The notes under the pieces were generated by a model. That model was not told the DNA's origin. It made no database searches and worked only from the letters and a program-made list of their open reading frames with translations. A program made the translations under genes and the position numbers. From Octopus sinensis (lineage: Eukaryota), in contig NW_021827805.1 in NCBI RefSeq assembly GCF_006345805.1, forward strand, positions 1-9,671: a stretch of DNA of 9,671 nt. The letters run 5' to 3'. The first letter of the stretch is position 1; the number at the start of each line of letters is the position of its first letter. This document shows positions 1 through 6,985 of the stretch, piece by piece.

Positions 1-183
1 TAATGGCGAACTTCTGTTGATTTTTTCACCACAAACTTTCTCTCACTCTTCCTCTTGCATCTTGCAGCTCACCTGCGACGGACTGGCGTCCCGTCCAGGT
101 GAGGAACCTATACGCCAAGGAAACCGGGAAACCGGCCCCTTATGAGCCAGGCGTGGTTCGAAATAGGAACAAACAACAATAAT
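1..183 (+). mobile_element. 3' portion of a SINE-like interspersed repeat, ending in an (AAC)/(AAT)-rich tail; probably continues upstream of the window
   Basis: CTGCGACGGACTGGCGTCCCGTCCAGG...GAAACCGGGAAACCGGCCC...GAGCCAGG resembles SINE 3' tails I recall from Octopus and other animals (memory only). It has three hairpins (68-103, 124-135, 144-159) and a simple-repeat tail AACAAACAACAATAAT (168-183). Confidence 0.55.
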
Positions 184-547
184 ACAGGGTGATGTGGTGT
201 ATTTGACATAAACGCTCAAAGTTGACACTTATGTGACATAGTTAACGTCGTTCTATTAAATATGATTTTACAGCTTCCATTCTCTATGTTCATTGTGTAT
301 GTTTATGTACGAATGTGTGTTTTTTTTACGAATGGGTAAACAAACTACACACACAGCAGCTGTGAACAACGATCTTTTATATACTCTGTCTGCAGAGGGA
401 GGCGGAGGGAAAAAGAAACAGGAGTTTACAATCGTCTTGTGTGTTAAATTAAGTTTAATATATACACACTGGCAGCGTTGGATGAAGACATTGCAGCGTC
501 ATCGCCGCCCCACTCCCTCTCTGCTTAATGCGTCACCGAAGACGTGA

Positions 548-700
548 CAAGAAGCTGGCTTCCCAATCACATGATACCAGGTTCAGTCCCACTACCTGGC
601 ACCTTGGGCATGTGTCTTCTATTATAGCCTCGGGTTTATAGTAGAAGGCACATGTTTTGTGAGTGGATTTAGGTGACGGAACTGAAAAAAAAGCCCGTAC
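548..700 (+). mobile_element. 5' half of a degenerate tRNA-derived CORE-type SINE (Octopus OR2-like)
   Basis: B-box-like GGTTCAGTCCC at 580-590, then GGCACCTTGGGCATGTGTCTTCTATTATAGCC, similar to the CORE/MIR motif ACCTTGGGCAAG, then TTGTGAGTGGATTT...GGAACTGAAA...AGCCCGT. It ends abruptly at GTAC (697-700), where the family's central microsatellite should begin. Family name is from memory. Confidence 0.7.
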
Positions 701-848
701 TCAAACCGAGACTTCTACGCATTCTGATCAAATTCTCCGTGTGTCAACACGGGCCTTCCAACAACAAAGTAAACCTCATTTAAACAAGATACCCTTGGCC
801 TAAAGAGTAGCCTGTCGTGTACACCTCGCCTGGGTAGTAAATATGTAC

Positions 849-1107
849 GTGTGTGTGTGTGTATGTGTGTGTGCGTGTGTGTGTATGTGTGTGTGTCTGT
901 GCGTATGTGTGTATGTGCGTGTGTGTGTGCGTGTCTGTGTGTGTGTGTGCGTGTGTGTGGTGTGCGTGTCTGTGTGTGTGTGTGTGTGTCTGTGTGTGTG
1001 TGTGTGCGTGTCTGTGTGTGTGTGTCAGTGTGTATGTGTGTGTGTCTGTGTGTATGTGTGTGTGTGTGTGTGTGTATGTGTGTGTCTGTGTGTATGTGTG
1101 TGTCTGT

Positions 1108-1143
<36 letters not shown>

Positions 1144-1156
1144 CTCTGTGTGTGTG

Positions 1157-1188
<32 letters not shown>

Positions 1189-1228
1189 GTGTTTGTGTTT
1201 GTGTGTCTGTGTGTGCGTGTCTGTGTGT
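849..1228. repeat. ~380-bp interrupted (TG)n microsatellite
   Basis: Nearly continuous GT dinucleotides with recurrent TA/TC/CG interruptions. It is the source of the six overlapping Cys-Val / His-Thr pseudo-ORFs. Confidence 0.97.
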
Positions 1229-1676
1229 CATTGCGCACCGGTGCGCTCGTGTCCGAGTTCGATCTAACGGATGCCTTCGCTTCGGATGTTTTCCAGACCA
1301 ATTGTCCTTTCTCATCTATTTTCATCTTCCAAACACACGAAATTCTTCACTTCCGTCAACGGAACCCCGGCCCCAATTCCAATCTCCCCTACCCACTCCT
1401 CTCCCCTCTCCACCCCACCTCTATTTCATTCACCAAATTAAAAGCTTAAAACCCTCTACATCTAAGGGGTTGGGGGTTAGGGTTGAGCCGTGTAACATCG
1501 GTACTGTTTATCCAACGGGAATAACAGGAGTTGACAGTTCGATTCCGGCTTAAATTAGCTTCTTCTCGGAGCTAAAATTCTTGTCATTGTTGTTGCTGTT
1601 GTGGTTGTTGTTGCTATGGACGCCGATAGATTGGTCGTTCCTGTTTGTAATGGGATTAGTTTCATCGTTGTTACCG

Positions 1677-1780
1677 TCATTCATCATCATCATCATCATC
1701 ATCATCATCGTCATCGTCATTGTCATCATTATCATCATCGTCATCGTCATCGTCATCGTCGTCGTCAATCATCATCATCA

Positions 1781-1815
<35 letters not shown>

Positions 1816-1816
1816 T
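1677..1816. repeat. Interrupted (ATC)n/(GTC)n trinucleotide microsatellite
   Basis: CATCATCAT runs with CGT/TGT variants; produces the poly-Ile/His/Ser/Met pseudo-ORFs. Confidence 0.95.
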
Positions 1817-2092
1817 ATTAGCCACCGCCATCGTCGTTGCCATCTTTCTTCGATGGCATCGCCGTCGCCATTATCAATATCAAAACAATATCCATCTAAA
1901 TAGACTAACGTCCCCTATTTTCTCGGTGATTAGGGATCTAACACCCTCCCCACTCTCTATAACACCACCACCATCACCACCAACAGCAGCAACAACTCAG
2001 CTGCAATCTTCATCTTTCATCTTGTGATATTTCCTATAATTATCAATTAGAAGAATCGATCAAATTAATTTCCCGCCACACCCATCCCTCCG

Positions 2093-2900
2093 CACACACA
2101 CACACATTCATTCATTCATACATACATCTATCTACCTACATACGCACATACTCATACATCTACATATATGTATGCACACGCTTGTTGGCATGTATGTACG
2201 TATTTGTACATACACGTACGTAATTACGTATGTATATACGTACATACAGCTGTCTGTAAGTACATGTATGTATTTATACATGTATATACATTTATGTGTG
2301 TAGGTATTTATTTTATTAACGCAGGTGGATGTATGAATTTGTATGAATGTATTTGTGTATAGGTATTCCCATATTTATGTATGCGTATATATAAATGTAT
2401 ATATATATGTATGTGCGCGCGTGTGTGTATGAATACATGTTTATGGATGTATAGATCTATGTGTGTATATTATTGTAGGTATATCTTGTATATGTTTGTG
2501 TGTGTGTATGCGTGCATATGTGTATGCATCCAAACCTACATATGCATGTAGGTTTGTACGTATATCTGTATGTACGTAAGGACATATGTATGTATGCCTT
2601 CTGCATGTAAAGGTATGCATGTGTCTACTTATGTACTTATGTGTAAATGTATGCCTTTGTATATGCTTATATATATATATACTTGGAAATGCATTTAGAT
2701 GTAGGTATATACATATATGTATGTATATATGCATACATTTATATATTATCTATATTATGTTATATTATATTATATTATATTATATTTTATTATATTATAT
2801 TATATTATATTATATATATATATACACACACAGATACACACAGAGAGAGACAGAGAGACAGAGAGACAGAGATAGATAGATAGATGCATACGCACATAAC
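2093..2900. repeat. Cryptic simple-sequence region (TATG/TACA mosaic) with (ATATT)n, (GAGACA)n and (GATA)n tracts
   Basis: Alternating purine-pyrimidine mosaic, then TATAT-TATAT at about 2755-2815, GAGACA units at about 2845-2870 and GATA at about 2870-2885. Confidence 0.9.
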
Positions 2901-3326
2901 TACATATGTATACTGACATACGCACGTATACATGCATACACTCATGCATGAATATATTTGCATATCTTGCATGTATGTTGTATGCATATATCTGTGTAGA
3001 TATGAGAGATATAAAGGCGTGCAAGAAGGATATAAAACAATATTGGCATAATCATAATCGCCCAAGTTCTGTTTCATCAAATTCCCACATGACACGTTGC
3101 TCTCCACACTATAACCCTCCACACCGCACCTTACTCTCGCATCCCCTTCCGCCTTCTCCACTAAAAACACTACATTCCCCGATCCCTGAATCCCAAACCA
3201 CATGTTTGCTCACCCCTCTCTTCTCACCACACCCCCAACTTTACTCTCCAATCCCTGCTCTCCATTCAATGAATTACTCTCCCATTTATTCTCTCCATTG
3301 ATAACTTTGCTCTCCCATAATTCCTC

Positions 3327-3432
3327 TTAATTCAAACCCTTACACACACACACACTCTCTCTCTCTCTCTTAATTCAAACCCTTACACACACACTCTCTC
3401 TCTCTCTCTCTTAATTCAAACCCTTACACACA

Positions 3433-3463
<31 letters not shown>
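3327..3463. repeat. Three tandem copies of a composite unit TTAATTCAAACCCTT-(AC)n-(TC)n
   Basis: The identical 15-bp core starts at 3327, 3370 and 3411; spacing of 43 and 41 bp differs only by microsatellite length. Confidence 0.95.
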
Positions 3464-3465
<2 letters not shown>

Positions 3466-4118
3466 ACCCTATGCACAATTCATAATATAATTTTCTCATT
3501 TTTCCTGTTCATTTAAAACAACTCTCTCTCACTCTCTCGCTCCTTCCTCTCCATTCAAAACATTGCTCTCTTATTCTTTCTCTCCTAACTTCGCTCTCCT
3601 TTCCTTCCTCCTCTCCTTCCTCCCCAGTCTTCAGCTGACACCGCAAACGTCAACTTTTGTTCGAATGTCTTTCTGTGCGGGGAACAGTTTCCCTGTCAAG
3701 CCTCATCGATTCATCGATCCATCGTCTTGTAATGCTCTAATGGTAGATTGTTGGAGTGTTGGATCAATGAACGACTGTCGTTTCATATCTGACAAATATT
3801 TCAGAGTCACATCTGGACGAATCAATAAATTATTGGATTACCAGCCTCGCTGTTGTTGTTGGTTTATTAGATTCTGTCACAAACACTAAGATCAGCTGTG
3901 TACATATCCAGGATTTCACGCAGTCCACCTAGCCGTAAATAGACACCATAGTGCGGTATACTTCCCAGTACTGCGTCCATAACCAACACACTTAGCAGTA
4001 GACAACTGTCGGTTTTTCAATACAACTGCAACATAAATACAATGGCATTAATTTGATGAGCGTTCAGTTTTATAAAGAATAGTTCGATAAAACTTGATTA
4101 TTGTCTGAAAATTCCGCG

Positions 4119-4482
4119 CTTTCTACGCCAACTAGAGTACATTATTTTCTACGCCAACTAGAGTACGTTGTTTTCTGCGCCAACTAGAGTACGTTGTTTT
4201 CTGCGCCAACTAGAGTACGTTGTTTTCTGCGCCAACTAGAGTACGTTCTTTTCTACGCCATCTAGAGTACATTGTTTTCTACGCCAACAAGAGTACGTTG
4301 TTTTCTACGCTATCTAGAGTACGTTGTTTTCTACGCCAACAAGAGTACATTATTTTCTACGCCAACTAGAGTACAGAGTTTTCTACGCCAACTAGAGTAC
4401 ATTGTTTTCTACGCCAACTAGAGTACAGGGTTTTCTACGCCAACTATAGTACGTTGTTTTCTACGCCAACTAGAGTACAAAG
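4119..4482. repeat. Minisatellite, 14 x 26 bp, consensus TTTTCTACGCCAACTAGAGTACRTTG
   Basis: Units counted directly, starting at 4119, 4145, 4171 ... 4457. The period is an exact 26 bp with no indels. Confidence 0.98.
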
Positions 4483-4611
4483 TTTGTTCGTGATTTTTGT
4501 CTTCGCTACATCACCAAGAACAATGATGTCTATACGGCTTCAATTGTCTCCCGTTCTTGCTAACAGCATCAGAGTCCATACACACATCGTGATCTAAACG
4601 ATGTGAAGTAC

Positions 4612-4761
4612 TTTGGTTTCAAAGTTTAGCGCCCAATTAGCAATTTCAGGAAAAGGGGCTACTGCATTACATTGACCCCAGTGCTCGACCCGCGAAAGGA
4701 TGAAAGGCAAAGCGGACCTGCATGTAATTTGAACTAAGGGCGTAAAGACGGACGAAATACC
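4612..4761 (-). mobile_element. Older, more diverged headless SINE copy with a different tail (unit C)
   Basis: It shares GACCCCAGTGC...GAAAGGATGAAAGGCAAAG...AATTTGAACT...GACGAAATACC with A/B but has many substitutions, lacks the 19-nt GTAACTGGTACTTATTTAA segment (at 4684/4685), and has a different tail (plus strand TTTGGTTTCAAAGTTTAGCGCCCAATTAGCAATTTC). Confidence 0.75.
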
Positions 4762-4945
4762 TATTTCTTTACTACCCACAAGGGGCTAAACACAGAGAGG
4801 ACAAAGAAGGACAGACAAACGAATTAAGTCAATTATATCGACCCCAGTGCGTAACTGGTACTTATTTAATCGACCCCGATAGGATGAACGGCAAAGTCGA
4901 CCTCGGCGGAATTTGAACTCAGAACGTAACGGCAGACGAAATACC
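4762..4945 (-). mobile_element. Headless copy of the same SINE (unit B, 184 bp)
   Basis: Highly similar to 4946-5143 (198 bp). The length difference is one 14-bp duplication (AAGGACAGACAAAC) in unit A. On the minus strand it begins at GGTATTTCGTC. Confidence 0.88.
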
Positions 4946-5190
4946 TATTTCTTTATTACCCACAAGGGGCTAAACACAGAGCGGACAAACAAGGACAGAC
5001 AAACAAGGACAGACAAACGGATTAAGTCGATTATATCGACCCCAGTGCGTAACTGGTACTTATTTAATCGACCCCGAAAGGATGAAAGGCAAAGTCGACC
5101 TCAGCGGAATTTGAACTCTGAACGTAGCGGCAGACGAAATACCGCTAAGCATTTCGCCCGGCGTGCTAACCTTTCTGCCAGCTCGCCTCC
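4946..5190 (-). mobile_element. Head-bearing tRNA-derived SINE (Octopus OK/OR-type), unit A of a tandem trimer
   Basis: On the minus strand: A-box TGGCAGAAAGG (5170-5180), hairpin GGCGAAATGC-TTAGCG-GTATTTCGTC, B-box GTTCAAATTC (5107-5116), central domain GCCTTTCATCCTTTCGGGGTCGATTAAATAAGTACCAG, and tail ending GGGTAATAAAGAAATA. Confidence 0.88.
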
Positions 5191-5754
5191 TAAGAGACGT
5201 TGTGAAATAAGGTTTTACGTAGTGCAAACTTTATCTGATGTAGTAAATAGAATGGGTAGGGCTGTTTTACGACTGCAGGGTAGACTAAACCGTTTTAGCT
5301 TATGCTGGGGTAGATTGCACCCTGCATAATGTCAAGTGTCACACACACATAAACGAAAAGAACATTGGAAGCTTCGTAACAGGATAGGAATAGTGCGCCT
5401 ACTGTAAACTCTAGATGTGCTAACCACCGCACAAAAGCGATGTCTCAGCGTTTGACCGCTTGAATTAGTAGACTTAAATTAAATAGCCTTGTGTGTGTGT
5501 CTACATACATGCACACTTACATACACATACACACACATATATATATATATTCTGTATGTGTACGATAGCATACATAGCTATATATACATACGTACACAAG
5601 TACATATGAGTGATGGTTTTGACAATTCGCCAGATGAATTTACATAAAATATTTTTATTGCCTCCTCAGCTTCAATGAAATTATTTACGTTATTTCACAC
5701 TGCATCCAAAATTAGTGTGACATATATCATATCTTATCATATCAAGTCATATCA

Positions 5755-6123
5755 AATCATATTATATATATATATAGATACATACATACATACACACGCA
5801 TATATATATAGAGAGAGATATTATATATATGTATGTATGTATGTGTGTATATATGTACGTACATACTACACTTATATAAATAAATAAATAAATAATAAAT
5901 AATATTATATATTATATATATATACATACATAGATATATACGTACATAATACACCCATACATACTACATACATACATATAAATATATATTATATACATAC
6001 ATACAAAGATATATACATATATATATATATATAATATAATATATATATATACATACATAGATACATACATAGATATATATATATATATACATACATACAT
6101 AGATATATACGTACATACACACA

Positions 6124-6198
<75 letters not shown>
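5755..6198. repeat. Compound (TA)n/(TACA)n/(TG)n microsatellite region
   Basis: Direct inspection; source of the Tyr/Ile/Val/Met pseudo-ORFs. Confidence 0.95.
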
Positions 6199-6200
<2 letters not shown>

Positions 6201-6270
6201 TTAAAATGTAACCACAAGTGAATTATTGGCGATTTTCTTCCTCCGTCTTCATTTTCTACTGGACTTTCCT

Positions 6271-6306
6271 GTTTCTGAAGAAGAGCGTATGCTCGAAACG
6301 TTAAAC
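6271..6306 (+). ncRNA. Putative minimal type I hammerhead ribozyme (copy 1)
   Basis: GTTT (stem I) - CTGAAGA - A - GAGC gtat GCTC (stem II) - GAAA - C GT T - AAAC (stem I'). The predicted cleavage site is after GUU at 6302. Confidence 0.65.
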
Positions 6307-6376
6307 CATCTTTCTTTCCTTCCCTGAGCGTCTGCCAATACTTTACATGTACCACGTCCTGGCGTTGTTGTTTTTT
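6271..6376 (+). mobile_element. Short interspersed repeat copy 1, probably derived from a Penelope-like element pseudo-LTR
   Basis: Manual alignment to 8315-8420 gives about 87/107 identical columns. It contains a hammerhead core. PLE origin is inferred from the minimal hammerhead architecture; no RT or GIY-YIG ORF is present. Confidence 0.6.
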
Positions 6377-6437
6377 GTGGTTGCTGTTCTTTGGATTTAT
6401 TACATATATACATATACATACATACATACATACATAA

Positions 6438-6536
<99 letters not shown>
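6438..6536. repeat. Perfect (CTAT)24 tetranucleotide microsatellite
   Basis: 99 nt of uninterrupted CTAT. Confidence 0.97.
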
Positions 6537-6562
6537 ACTGTCTGTCTGTCAATCTGTCAGTC

Positions 6563-6634
6563 TAGATAGATAGATAGATAGATAGATAGATATAGATAGA
6601 TAGATAGATAGATAGATAGACAGATGGATAGACA
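6563..6634. repeat. (TAGA)n microsatellite, inverted relative to 6438-6536
   Basis: Two blocks of 7 TAGA units separated by TA, followed by a degenerate end. Confidence 0.95.
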
Positions 6635-6684
6635 TACATTCATACGTAGGTGTGTGTCAGAGCGTCCGTAGGTATGTGCGCGTG

Positions 6685-6908
6685 TCTGTGTGTGTATATA
6701 TATATATATATACACACACGCATATATATAAACATGCATACATATATATATATGTATATATATATATATAAATATATATATATACATATATATATATGTA
6801 TATATATATGTGTGTATATATATATATGTGTGTGTGTATATATATATATATGTATATATATATACACACATATATATATAAACATGCATACATATATATA
6901 TATGTATG

Positions 6909-6939
<31 letters not shown>

Positions 6940-6985
6940 ATGTGTGTGTGTGTATGTATATATATACATGTATGTATGTGTGTGT
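6685..6985. repeat. Compound (TA)n/(TG)n region with an internal 150-bp-period duplication
   Basis: The marker AACATGCATACATATATATATATGTAT occurs at 6731 and 6881. Confidence 0.9.

Noticed and set aside
67-135. Possible HDV-like ribozyme (TCCCGT loop, CTCACC/GGTGAG helix)
   Set aside because: No downstream partner exists for P2, the G1 position faces G, and the loop does not fit the L3 consensus.
139-165. CTTATGA...GAAA resembling a third hammerhead
   Set aside because: The invariant G5 is T, two extra bases precede GAAA, and there is no stem III/UH/stem I arrangement.
380-440. AEGGGGKKKQEFTIVL, faintly like ribosomal L7/L12 'EEKTEFDVIL'
   Set aside because: The similarity is limited to about 8 residues and the downstream sequence does not continue the domain.
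1466-1483. Telomere-like GGGGTTGGGGGTTAGGGTT
   Set aside because: Only one true TTAGGG; not an interstitial telomeric array.
1485-1551. B-box-like GTTCGATTCC (1537-1546) with GCCG...CGGC ends, suggesting a tRNA
   Set aside because: The T-arm flanks (GACAG/CCGGC) do not pair, and no D or anticodon arm can be built.
780-1553. Long overlapping ORFs (up to 236 aa) rich in CV/HT dipeptides
   Set aside because: They are translations of the (TG)n tract, open in most frames because TG/CA repeats lack stops. The same applies to the ORFs over 1550-2027, 2168-3024, 5675-7213, 7791-8894 and 9280-9597.
2193-2246. Imperfect palindrome centred on TACGTAATTACGTA
   Set aside because: Built from self-complementary TACG/TATG low-complexity words, so it is expected in this mosaic.
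3640-4010. Protein-like minus-strand fragments (e.g. LLIRPDVTLKYLSDMKRQSFIDPT, MDAVLGSIPHYGVYLRLGG) suggesting a decayed TE or viral ORF
   Set aside because: They are interrupted by stops in all frames with no recognisable motif; a BLASTx would be needed.
4119-4482. CRISPR-like look (constant 22 nt plus a variable segment)
   Set aside because: The variable part is only 4 nt and recurs between units. There are no cas genes and the context is eukaryotic.
5274-5327. 8-bp inverted repeat TGCAGGGT/ACCCTGCA enclosing a small CTAAA/TTTAG hairpin
   Set aside because: Short arms and weak inner pairing are compatible with chance.
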